A stretch of 24,000 nt of DNA from Chitinophagaceae bacterium (lineage in GTDB: Bacteria > Bacteroidota > Bacteroidia > Chitinophagales > Chitinophagaceae): positions 71,315 through 95,314 of the forward strand of contig CBDFFJ010000007.1 in the NCBI GenBank assembly GCA_965246765.1, given 5' to 3'. How positions within the stretch are numbered: the first letter of the stretch is position 1; every line of letters begins with the position of its first letter. The translations under genes and the position numbers were made by a program. The notes beneath the pieces are model-generated. The model worked only from the letters and a program-made list of their open reading frames with translations. It was not told the DNA's origin and made no database searches. Positions 9,649 to 17,520 of this stretch are shown piece after piece.

Positions 9649-9680
9649 CAGAAGCGCGTCCACGAGGGGATGCGCTTCTG
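9649..9680. terminator. Hairpin between convergent nudK and pdhB; candidate bidirectional intrinsic terminator
   Basis: CAGAAGCGC (9649-9657) pairs with GCGCTTCTG (9672-9680). The stem extends inward (G.T, T-A, C-G, C-G) to about 13 bp around a 6-nt loop. On the minus-strand RNA it is followed by UGUUUUAAA, and on the plus-strand RNA by AGAUUUGUA. Confidence 0.55.
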
Positions 9681-9694
9681 AGATTTGTACCAGT

Positions 9695-10678
9695 TTATTT
9701 CACGAGGTACATAACCTCCTTCACCAGCTTCACCGTCCGCTCCACATTTGGCAGCGCGGCTGCTACAAGGTTTGGCGCGTAGTGGATGTTGGTGTCCGCG
9801 GCCGTAATGCGGCGGATGGGCGCATCCAGATAATCAAAGGCCTCCTTCTGGACACGGTAGGTAATCTCTGATGATACCGAGCCAAACGGCCACTGCTCTT
9901 CCACAATCACAAGGCGGCTTGTCTTTTTTACAGACGCTACAATTGTCTGCCAGTCCAGCGGACGTATGGTGCGCAGATCTATCACCTCCGCATGGATGCC
10001 TTCTTTAGCCAGCTCGTCGGCGGCGGAAAGGGCCACCTTCATCATTTTGTTGAAGGAAACCATCGTTACATCACTCCCCTCACGCACCACCTTAGCCTTG
10101 CCAATAGGGATCAGATATTCTTCTTCAGGCACCTCTCCCTGTTCTCCGTACATCACTTCGCTTTCCATAAACACAACCGGATCTTCGTCGCGTATGGCGC
10201 TCTTGAGCAAGCCCTTAGCATCGTATGGATTGGAGACAGAAATCACCTTCAGGCCGGGGATATTGGCATACCAGCTTTCAAAAGCCTGGGAGTGCTGCGC
10301 GCCCAGCTGACCTGCTGAGCCATTTGGCCCGCGAAAGACGATAGGGCAGCTGAATTGCCCGCCGCTCATAGAGAGCATCTTCGCAGCATGGTTTAGTATC
10401 TGGTCCAGGGCGAGTACGGCGAAATTCCAGGTCATAAACTCAATAACAGGGCGGGTACCGTTCATCGCCGCGCCTACACCTATCGCCGCGAAGCCCAGCT
10501 CGGCAATCGGCGTGTCCAGTACCCGCTTGGGGCCAAACTCCTCAAGCATGCCCTGGCTCACCTTGTAGGCGCCGTTATACTGAGCTACCTCTTCGCCCAT
10601 CAGGAATACGCGCTCGTCGCGGCGCATTTCTTCTTCCATCGCTTCGCGAAGCGCCTGGCGGAATGGAATTGTACGCAT
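9695..10678 (-). CDS. pdhB: Pyruvate dehydrogenase (2-oxoacid dehydrogenase) E1 component beta subunit
   Basis: 327 aa. MRTIPFRQALREAMEEEMRRDERVFLMGEEVAQYNGAYKVSQG...DTPIAELGFAGIG-type transketolase-like pyrimidine-binding and C-terminal domains are typical of E1-beta. Confidence 0.9.
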   Translation of the reverse strand: MRTIPFRQALREAMEEEMRRDERVFLMGEEVAQYNGAYKVSQGMLEEFGPKRVLDTPIAELGFAAIGVGAAMNGTRPVIEFMTWNFAVLALDQILNHAAKMLSMSGGQFSCPIVFRGPNGSAGQLGAQHSQAFESWYANIPGLKVISVSNPYDAKGLLKSAIRDEDPVVFMESEVMYGEQGEVPEEEYLIPIGKAKVVREGSDVTMVSFNKMMKVALSAADELAKEGIHAEVIDLRTIRPLDWQTIVASVKKTSRLVIVEEQWPFGSVSSEITYRVQKEAFDYLDAPIRRITAADTNIHYAPNLVAAALPNVERTVKLVKEVMYLVK

Positions 10679-10743
10679 GGATAAATTGTGTTGAAAGCTT
10701 TATATGCAGCGGTAATGTCCCGCCTGGCGAAGATAAAGGTCTG

Positions 10744-11271
10744 CTATCGCTTTACCTTTCTGAAGTTGGCAATGCTGCTGAGGTACTTTTCGCTGTATTC
10801 AAGCCGGAGCTCGCTGTCATTGAGCGCTGTTACCTCCATTCTTATTTTGGCGCCGCCGCCTTTCAGCGCTTCTTCATCCAGCATCAGCGCACCGTCTTCC
10901 TCAAAAGACCATCTGGCTGAATCCAGTCCTTCCTGCGAATGTAGATAGGCGATGCCATTCTTGTGAAACTCAAACCAGGTTTCAGAAACAGCTTTGGCCT
11001 GTGCCCGCCGGAATGAGTCCATGTTTGCCCGCAGATTTTTCCGGAATGAATCCATGCTTACGGCGCCATACAAAGTGATATTGGTCAGCGAGTCAGTGCT
11101 CCTGCCAACCGTATCTGCAAATATGCTTTGCTGGTCAAAGGCCTCCGCCATCTGCGGATTCTTAATGCCCGTTTCCTGCCACAGGCCCAGAATGGAAGAC
11201 TCCCGGGAGGGCTTGCATGAGGCGGCCAGAAGGAGGCAAACTAAAAGAACAATGAATCGGTTTCGCTTCAT
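10744..11271 (-). CDS. Hypothetical lipoprotein, lipocalin-like
   Basis: Signal peptide with Cys19 (MKRNRFIVLLVCLLLAASC). GLWQ near the N-terminus and a W.FEEDG...L...E.RL C-terminal pattern resemble Bacteroidota lipocalin-like domains. No specific family recognised. Confidence 0.55.
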   Translation of the reverse strand: MKRNRFIVLLVCLLLAASCKPSRESSILGLWQETGIKNPQMAEAFDQQSIFADTVGRSTDSLTNITLYGAVSMDSFRKNLRANMDSFRRAQAKAVSETWFEFHKNGIAYLHSQEGLDSARWSFEEDGALMLDEEALKGGGAKIRMEVTALNDSELRLEYSEKYLSSIANFRKVKR

Positions 11272-11280
11272 AAATGGGTT

Positions 11281-12213
11281 TCAACGTCGCACCAGCTTCG
11301 CAAATTCCGCCTTCCAGGTCTCAGCCGTAAACAGGTCGTCCAGGAGCGTGAAGGCGCTTTGGTCGGTGATGCGCGGGTATATTTTCTTGAGCAGTATAAA
11401 TCTGGCCGCGTCTGTGCTGAGCATTCCGGCCAGCGCACGCGCCTGCCAGCTCTCGTAGCATACGTCCAGCCTGGTCATCACAAACGCCAGGCGATCCTCG
11501 TCTCCGGTATTGCCGGACATGCTGTTGAATAGCTTCCCAAACTCAGCAGTAGAAACGGCCGCCGGGCAATCGCTGTTCGTGATGACGGGAAGCGCCGGCT
11601 TTTGCGTCTGCGGCGCCTGCTCACCTTCCCGGCCATTCACCAGCTCTATCTCCGGGATGAAGCTTGGCTGACCATTATTGGCCGGCCTTGCAGGCAGGTC
11701 TGCGACAGGCTTGTCTGGTTTTGACGCTGTGCTGCGCCGGGTCTTTCCGCCGGAGCCTTTCTTTTCCGTCTGCGCAACGCTCTTTTGTGGATGCGGCTCG
11801 CTTACTTCTGCCGGTGATGCGATAGCAACGTTGGCCCCGCCCGCCTGTGGCAGTTTATCATCCTCCTGCGCATTGCCGGCAGGCAGGTAGAAGCCTTGCT
11901 GAAGGTCGTAGAGGGAGAATGCAGAGTCTTTTCTGACTAAGAGGAAACCACGGCTGCCGCCCTCCGGGATAAGCACCGTAAACTGCTGCGGCGGAAAGGC
12001 GTTTTGCTGAAACAGCACCTCAATGTGCGCGGGGCCGGGCGCAAGCTGCGGTATAATGCAGTAATTCTTCCCAAACCTCGGCTGCATGGCTTCCTCAAGC
12101 TTTACATAGAAGGGCGTCTGCTTGTCGCCCTGGATGTAGAGGTAAGACAGGCGCTCCTTTGCTGTGGCGGCAATGGCTGAAGTCAGTGCGATCAGAAAAA
12201 GCAGTCGTTTCAT
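11281..12213 (-). CDS. DUF4476 domain-containing secreted protein
   Basis: Signal peptide MKRLLFLIALTSAIAATA, a Pro/Ala/Gln-rich low-complexity linker, and a C-terminal segment (DEDRLAFVMTRLDVCYESWQARALAGMLSTDAARFILLKKIYPRITDQSAF) that resembles DUF4476. It lies 9 nt upstream of the next gene. Confidence 0.6.
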   Translation of the reverse strand: MKRLLFLIALTSAIAATAKERLSYLYIQGDKQTPFYVKLEEAMQPRFGKNYCIIPQLAPGPAHIEVLFQQNAFPPQQFTVLIPEGGSRGFLLVRKDSAFSLYDLQQGFYLPAGNAQEDDKLPQAGGANVAIASPAEVSEPHPQKSVAQTEKKGSGGKTRRSTASKPDKPVADLPARPANNGQPSFIPEIELVNGREGEQAPQTQKPALPVITNSDCPAAVSTAEFGKLFNSMSGNTGDEDRLAFVMTRLDVCYESWQARALAGMLSTDAARFILLKKIYPRITDQSAFTLLDDLFTAETWKAEFAKLVRR

Positions 12214-12218
12214 GTCCG

Positions 12219-12719
12219 TTATTCCAGATCTATCAGCACATCGCCTTTGCCTACCGCCGTGCGCTCCTGGACGCGGATCGCTTTTACCGTAGCGTCTGCC
12301 GGGGCTTTCAGCACGTTCTCCATTTTCATAGCTTCCAGAATGAGGATACCGTCCCCCTTTGCCAGGCGCTGGCCGGGGCTTACCAGTATTTTGAGCACCA
12401 TGCCGGGCATCGGCGCCTTGATCGGCTCTATCTTCTTAGCCGCGCTCAGGTCCAGACCCATCTCGTGGAGCAGCTGGTCTATCGGCTCCTCAATACTTAC
12501 CACATAGCGCTGCCCGTTAAGCCTCAGCGTCACCTCTTTCTTTGACTTATCAATGCCTTCTATAATTGCCTCATAGCTCCTGCCCTCATATAATACACTC
12601 ACCAGGCCCCCCACCCCTTCGGCCACATTCATATCCGCAGGCTCATCGCCGAGCAGCCACTGGCTGCCTTCCTGGCGGATGGGAAACCGGTACTTGCCAT
12701 TCACAGTCGTTTGCAGCAT
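12219..12719 (-). CDS. Biotin carboxyl carrier-type protein (biotinyl domain), 166 aa
   Basis: C-terminal biotinylation motif ILILEAMKMENVLKAP inside a biotinyl/lipoyl hammerhead domain. ATG 12719 (MLQTTVNGKY...) is preferred over the listed start at 12878, which would overlap the divergent gene. Confidence 0.85.
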   Translation of the reverse strand: MLQTTVNGKYRFPIRQEGSQWLLGDEPADMNVAEGVGGLVSVLYEGRSYEAIIEGIDKSKKEVTLRLNGQRYVVSIEEPIDQLLHEMGLDLSAAKKIEPIKAPMPGMVLKILVSPGQRLAKGDGILILEAMKMENVLKAPADATVKAIRVQERTAVGKGDVLIDLE

Positions 12720-12831
12720 AAGGCGGCGCGCTATTATTTTTTTCTTTTTGCCGGGGGCGAAAATACGCCTTTGCGCTGCCCCGCCCCGCCGCCATGCCAA
12801 AAGCTTAAGGAAAATCAGAAACTTTGGCCCC

Positions 12832-13710
12832 ATGCCCATCGCCCCATCCGAACTTATTCTGAACGCCCGTGGCGCCATCTACCATCTTGACCTGCTGCCC
12901 GGCGAGCTCGCCGATACCGTTATTACCGTCGGCGATCCGGCGCGCGTGGAGACCGTGAGCAGGCATTTTGACGCCCTTGAATACCGCGGCGCGCACCGCG
13001 AATTTGTGACCCACACCGGCCGCATCGGCGCGAAACGCATCAGCGTGGTGAGCACCGGCATAGGGCCAGACAATATTGATATTGTGCTCACGGAGCTGGA
13101 TGCGCTCGCCAATATTGACCTTCAAAAAAGAGACTTACGGCCCCTTAAAAAATCGCTCAACATCATCCGCCTCGGCACCAGCGGATCGCTGCAGCAGGAT
13201 GTGCCGGTGGACAGCCTCGTCGCCTCCTCCTTTGCCATAGGGCTGGACAATCTGATGCACTACTACCTGCACAGCGCCAACCCCGACGAGACCTACATGC
13301 TGCGCGAATTTGTAGCCCACACCCGGCTGCAAGGCACCGCCGTCAGCCCCTACATCGCCGAAGGCAGCATCCGCCTGCGCGCCGCTTTCGCAGATAAAAT
13401 GACCAGTGGCATCACTGTGACCTGCCCCGGATTTTATGGGCCGCAGGGGCGGGTGCTGCGCGCGCCGGTTGCCTTTCCCAACCTCATAGATGCGCTGGGG
13501 AGCTTCGGCAGCAGGGGCCAACGGGTTACCAATTTTGAAATGGAAACCTCCGCCATTTACGGCCTGGGGAAGCTCCTGGGGCATCAATGCCTGTCTATTT
13601 CCGCCATTGTGGCGAATAGGGTGAGCGGAACTTTTTCTGCCGATGGCGGGAAGATTGTGGAGCGGATGATTGAAGCCTGCCTCCCGGTAATAGCCGGCCT
13701 TAGCAATTGA
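12832..13710 (+). CDS. Nucleoside phosphorylase (PNP_UDP_1 / uridine phosphorylase-like family), 292 aa
   Basis: Motifs GDPARV, ISVVSTGIGPDNIDIVLTEL, RLGTSGSL and FEMETSAIYGL are characteristic of the family. ATG 12832 is preferred over the listed 12679, which overlaps the biotinyl carrier gene. Confidence 0.8.
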   Translation: MPIAPSELILNARGAIYHLDLLPGELADTVITVGDPARVETVSRHFDALEYRGAHREFVTHTGRIGAKRISVVSTGIGPDNIDIVLTELDALANIDLQKRDLRPLKKSLNIIRLGTSGSLQQDVPVDSLVASSFAIGLDNLMHYYLHSANPDETYMLREFVAHTRLQGTAVSPYIAEGSIRLRAAFADKMTSGITVTCPGFYGPQGRVLRAPVAFPNLIDALGSFGSRGQRVTNFEMETSAIYGLGKLLGHQCLSISAIVANRVSGTFSADGGKIVERMIEACLPVIAGLSN

Positions 13711-13738
13711 GGCATTATAGCAGCATTAAGCCCTAAAT

Positions 13739-14102
13739 ATGGCCCATAGCCCTACCGACGATGATCTGGAGCTTCAAATCCCATCCGGCATAGACACCGG
13801 TGCTATGCTGACGGCGTATATTAAAGAGAAGCGCATCTATCAGAGCGCATTAGGGCGCAGCTACGCCAGTGTGCGCGATTACCGTCAGCGCAAGTCTTTG
13901 CAGACCTCCGTGCTTTGGCCATCCGCGTAGCGCTGAAGCACAATTTCTTTGCAGACATTGCTGCGCAACTGCCGCTGCATACACCACCGCGGCGCCGGGC
14001 AATGCGGCTAAGGACGCGCGGATTGCGGAGCTGGAGCAGGCCTTGCAACTGGCGGAGGCAGAGCGGGATGTGCTGAAAAAGGTGCTGACGCATCGGGCTT
14101 AA
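13739..14102 (+). pseudogene. Small HTH/coiled-coil protein gene disrupted by two apparent 1-nt deletions
   Basis: Three consecutive frame segments read as one protein. The first is 13739-13918: ...AMLTAYIKEKRIYQSALGRSYASVRDYRQRKSLQTSVLW. The second is 13918-13989: AIRVALKHNFFADIAAQLPLHTPP. The third is 13983-14102: TTAAPGNAAKDARIAELEQALQLAEAERDVLKKVLTHRA*. Each shift goes to the -1 frame. Confidence 0.4.
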
Positions 14103-14137
14103 AAGGCTTTAGTGCATTAGCGGTGAAGCCCGAGGCC

Positions 14138-14145
14138 TACATTTG
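14138..14145 (+). promoter_or_regulatory. Candidate Bacteroidota -7 promoter element (TAnnTTTG) for lgt
   Basis: TACATTTG is a perfect match to the TAnnTTTG consensus and ends 9 nt before the lgt ATG at 14155. No clean -33 TTG was seen upstream. Confidence 0.3.
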
Positions 14146-14154
14146 CGCAGCTTT

Positions 14155-15234
14155 ATGTATCCAGACTTTCGCTACCTCGTGTATGGCCTTACGGGCTATT
14201 TTCCGCCGCATTGGGTGGGTCTGTTTAAGACCTTCGGGGCGATGGTGGCAATGGCTTTTCTGGCAGCTACGATGGTGATGATCAGGGAGATGCGGCGCAA
14301 GGAAGGCGAGGGGCTGATACTGCCGGTTACGGATAAAAAGACGGGCGCGAAGATGTGGCCGCACGAGCGGATATCGGAGATAGTGATGATTGCGGCGATT
14401 GGCGGGCTGGTGGGGGCGAAGATTTTCAATGCGTTGGAAACGTGGCAGGATTTCCTGCGCGACCCGGTCGGCTCGCTCTTTTCGCGCAGCGGCCTTACGT
14501 TTTACGGCGGGCTTATTGTGGCGACGGCTATTTTTTATTATTACGCCAAAAAGCAGGGCATCCGGTTTGCGCACCTGTGCGATGCGGCGGCTCCGGCGAT
14601 AATGGTGGCGTATGGCATAGGCCGTATAGGCTGCCAGCTGGCCGGCGATGGCGACTGGGGGATTTATAACAGCGCGTATGTGAGCCAGGTGCAGGTGTCG
14701 GCCAGCGGCGAGCCGGTATCTGACGGTACGCTGAGTAGGGTGCAGCCGGAGGCGGGGGGGACGGCGGTGGCCTATTATCACCGGGAAATGCGGTATGACA
14801 GTGACCGGCTTTATGTAGCTGCACCTGCCTGGGTGCCACGCGCGCTGGTGGCTCAAAACTACCGGCGTAATGTAGGGAATGAGGGGATAAGGCTGGCGGA
14901 CGCGCCGAATGCGGAGGAATATTACCGGGTGCTGCCGGTTTCGGTATTTCCGACGCCTGTGTATGAGGCTATTGCGTGTATCGGGCTGTTTTTTGTGCTT
15001 TGGGGGCTGCGGCGGCGGCTGAAACGGCCCTGGCAGATGTTTGGGGTGTATCTGATATTTACGGGCGCGGAGCGTTTTCTGGTAGAATTGATCCGGGTGA
15101 ACTATAAGTATGACTGGGGCTTTCTGCACCCTACGCAGGCGGAGATTATATCGGTGACGCTGATGCTTATTGGCGTGATGCTCCTGCTGCGGAAGTCTCA
15201 GGCTGCTACTTCAGCTTCAGCCATTGCCAAATGA
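14155..15234 (+). CDS. lgt: Prolipoprotein diacylglyceryl transferase
   Basis: Polytopic membrane protein with GGLVGAKIF, LTFYGGLIVA, YGIGRIGCQLAGDGDWG, FPTPVYEA and GAERFLVELIRVN motifs. ATG 14155 is preferred over TTG 14143. Confidence 0.9.
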   Translation: MYPDFRYLVYGLTGYFPPHWVGLFKTFGAMVAMAFLAATMVMIREMRRKEGEGLILPVTDKKTGAKMWPHERISEIVMIAAIGGLVGAKIFNALETWQDFLRDPVGSLFSRSGLTFYGGLIVATAIFYYYAKKQGIRFAHLCDAAAPAIMVAYGIGRIGCQLAGDGDWGIYNSAYVSQVQVSASGEPVSDGTLSRVQPEAGGTAVAYYHREMRYDSDRLYVAAPAWVPRALVAQNYRRNVGNEGIRLADAPNAEEYYRVLPVSVFPTPVYEAIACIGLFFVLWGLRRRLKRPWQMFGVYLIFTGAERFLVELIRVNYKYDWGFLHPTQAEIISVTLMLIGVMLLLRKSQAATSASAIAK

Positions 15235-16028
15235 CCTTTATTCAGTTCCGGGTTTGCCCGCTCCGCGGCTTCAATAGGCGCGAAATCGGATAAGGCTTCT
15301 CCGCCGTTCCTGCGCACAACCGTAGTATGCTCATAGTGGCAGGAGGGCTTGCCATCTTGGGTGACAATGGTCCAGCCATCGTCCATAGTATATACTTCCT
15401 TGACGCCGAGGTTTATCATTGGCTCGATGGCGATGACGCTTTTCTCCTTTAGCTTTTTGCCATCGCCGCGCTTGCCGAAGTTGGGAATCTGCGGGTCTTC
15501 GTGGAGGTCTTTGCCTACGCCGTGGCCTACCAGCTCACGTACTACGCCATAGCCGTGTTGACCAAAGGTGTAATTCTCCACTGCCCAGGCAATGTCACCG
15601 GTGCGATTATTGGCGCGGGCCTGGATAATGCCTTTGTACAAGGATTCTTTGGTGATGCGCATCATGTCAAGCACCTCAGGTGCCACATTGCCGATGGCGA
15701 ATGTGTAGGCATGGTCGCCGTGGTAGCCATTGCGATAGAAGCCGCAGTCAACGGATATTATATCACCGTCCTTTAGCTCATAATCGGATGGAATGCCGTG
15801 AACGACCACTTCATTCACAGAAATGCAAAGCGCAGCCGGGAAGTTGCCATAGCCTTTAAATGAGGGAATGCCGCCGTTATCGCGAATGAATGTCTCCGCC
15901 ATTGCATCTATAGACGCTGTGGTGATGCCGGCGCGCAGCATTTTAGCAACCTCAGTAAGAGTGGCTGTAACCATCAGCGCATTTTCGCGGATGATGTCTA
16001 TTTCGTCTTCGGTTCTTATGTAAATCAT
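15198..16028 (-). CDS. map: Type I methionine aminopeptidase
   Basis: 276 aa. Metal ligands occur in the expected context (DIISVDCG, YHGDHAYTF, VGHGVG, IAIEPM, HYEHT). The gene sits directly after secY, as in spc operons. Confidence 0.95.
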   Translation of the reverse strand: MIYIRTEDEIDIIRENALMVTATLTEVAKMLRAGITTASIDAMAETFIRDNGGIPSFKGYGNFPAALCISVNEVVVHGIPSDYELKDGDIISVDCGFYRNGYHGDHAYTFAIGNVAPEVLDMMRITKESLYKGIIQARANNRTGDIAWAVENYTFGQHGYGVVRELVGHGVGKDLHEDPQIPNFGKRGDGKKLKEKSVIAIEPMINLGVKEVYTMDDGWTIVTQDGKPSCHYEHTTVVRRNGGEALSDFAPIEAAERANPELNKGHLAMAEAEVAA

Positions 16029-16040
16029 AATACGTTCTAT

Positions 16041-16078
16041 AAAAAAGAAACGGTCAGCCCGCTCTCGCGTTCCGACCG
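16041..16078 (-). terminator. Intrinsic-terminator-like hairpin plus U-tract in the secY-map spacer
   Basis: The minus-strand RNA reads CGGUCGG-AA-CGC-GAGA-GCG-GG-CUGACCG. This gives a 7-bp outer stem including one G.U, then a 3-bp inner stem capped by a GNRA loop. UUUCUUUUUU follows immediately (plus-strand 16041-16050). Confidence 0.45.
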
Positions 16079-16107
16079 AAATTCCTGAAAACCCGACCGG
16101 GTGTTAT

Positions 16108-17469
16108 TTATACCGTAGCCGCCGGCTGACGACCAGCGATACGGCCCGTCTTCATAAGGCCATCGTACTGGCGCATGAGAAGGTGGCTTTCAATCTGCTG
16201 GAGCGTGTCCAGGATTACGCCAACGCCAATCAGCATAGAGGTACCGCCGTAGAAAGATGCAAAGCCGCTTGTGACGCCCAAGATGCGCGCAACGCCAGGC
16301 AATACACCCGCAACTGCAAGGAACAAGGCGCCCGGCAGTGTGATGCGGTCCATGATGGTGGAGATGTAGTTAGCAGTCGGCTCGCCCGGCTTTACGCCCG
16401 GAATGAATGAATTGTTGCGCTTCAGGTTATCCGCCATGTCAGTTGGATTGAATGTGATGGCGGTGTAGAAATAGGTGAAGGCAATTACGAGTATCGCATA
16501 GATGAGGTAGTAGGGCCAGTTGCCGTCATCGCTCAGAGAGCGGAGGAAACCGCCGGAGCCTGCCGGGTCGCCAAAACCGCTAAGCGTGGCTGGTATGAAC
16601 ATCAGGGCTTGCGCGAAGATGATAGGCATCACGCCAACCATGTTCACTTTCAATGGAATGAAGTCACGAGCGCCGGTTACTTCCTTGGCAGCATTTGTAG
16701 AGCCGATGATACGGCGGGCATAATTCAGCGGAACGCGGCGAATACCTTGCGTCAGAAGAATAAGGCCAACAATAATGGCTACAAAGAATGCCATTTCTAT
16801 AAGGAATATCAGCAGACCGCTTGCCCCACCCTGGCCGTTACGTGCATCAAACTCCTGCGCCAGTGAGTGCGGCAGACGTGCCATGATGCCTACCATAATG
16901 ATAAGGGAAGTACCATTGCCGATGCCTTTATCCGTAATCTTCTCACCCAGCCACATAACGAACAGCGTACCGGCTACAAGTACAACGACCGTTGTAAGGG
17001 TGAAGAGGAATGGCGTAAAGTGTGTCAGATCAAGCGCGGCCTGATATTGCGGCGAGCGGAGGAAGGTTGTGGCGTAAGCTATGCTTTGGAAGGCCGTTAC
17101 CAGAACCGTCAGGTAACGTGTGTATTGGTTGATTTTCTTCCGTCCGCTTTCTTCCTTCTGCATCTTGGCTACCTGCGGCACAATGATGCCTGCAAGCTGC
17201 ATGAAGATGGATGCCGTGATATAAGGCATTACTCCCAACGCAAAAATGGAGGCGCGTAAAAACGCACCACCTGAGAATGAATTGATAAGCCCAAGAATAC
17301 CGCCGCCGCCAGCTGTCTCAGCCTGCTTCAGCATATTCGGGTTGAGGCCCGGAATGGTTATGTAGCAACCAACGCGGTAAACCAGAATGAGCAGCAGCGT
17401 ATAAAGAATCTTTTTACGGAGCTCTTCAATGCTCCAGATATTCTTCAGCGTATCAATAAACTTCTTCAC
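16108..17469 (-). CDS. secY: Preprotein translocase subunit SecY
   Basis: 453 aa, 10-TM pattern. N-terminus MKKFIDTLKNIWSIEELRKKILYTLLLILVYRVG is typical of SecY. The start codon is GTG (plus-strand CAC at 17467-17469). Confidence 0.97.
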   Translation of the reverse strand: MKKFIDTLKNIWSIEELRKKILYTLLLILVYRVGCYITIPGLNPNMLKQAETAGGGGILGLINSFSGGAFLRASIFALGVMPYITASIFMQLAGIIVPQVAKMQKEESGRKKINQYTRYLTVLVTAFQSIAYATTFLRSPQYQAALDLTHFTPFLFTLTTVVVLVAGTLFVMWLGEKITDKGIGNGTSLIIMVGIMARLPHSLAQEFDARNGQGGASGLLIFLIEMAFFVAIIVGLILLTQGIRRVPLNYARRIIGSTNAAKEVTGARDFIPLKVNMVGVMPIIFAQALMFIPATLSGFGDPAGSGGFLRSLSDDGNWPYYLIYAILVIAFTYFYTAITFNPTDMADNLKRNNSFIPGVKPGEPTANYISTIMDRITLPGALFLAVAGVLPGVARILGVTSGFASFYGGTSMLIGVGVILDTLQQIESHLLMRQYDGLMKTGRIAGRQPAATV

Positions 17470-17520
17470 GAAATATGTGTAGTGTGGGGAACGAAAAAGG
17501 GAATGCGAATAAACGAAGAA

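Noticed and set aside
11008-11056. 16-nt direct repeat CCGGAATGA(G/A)TCCATG spaced 33 nt apart
   Set aside because: It lies inside the lipocalin-like gene and is in frame. It encodes the duplicated peptide MDSFRKNLRAN/MDSFRRAQAKA, so it is an 11-codon internal duplication and not a regulatory or mobile repeat.
12679-12878. Mutually overlapping long 5' extensions of the phosphorylase ORF (from 12679) and the biotinyl-carrier ORF (to 12878)
   Set aside because: The extensions have implausible sequences (for example IIFFFLPGAKIRLCAAPPRRHAKS) and overlap each other by 200 nt. Internal ATGs at 12832 and 12719 give family-typical N-termini and leave a 112-nt divergent intergenic region.
14137-15129. 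330-aa ORF on the minus strand covering most of lgt
   Set aside because: The translation is an Arg/Pro/His-rich low-complexity string with no recognisable domain. The plus-strand frame encodes an unmistakable Lgt. This is a shadow ORF typical of GC-rich coding sequence.
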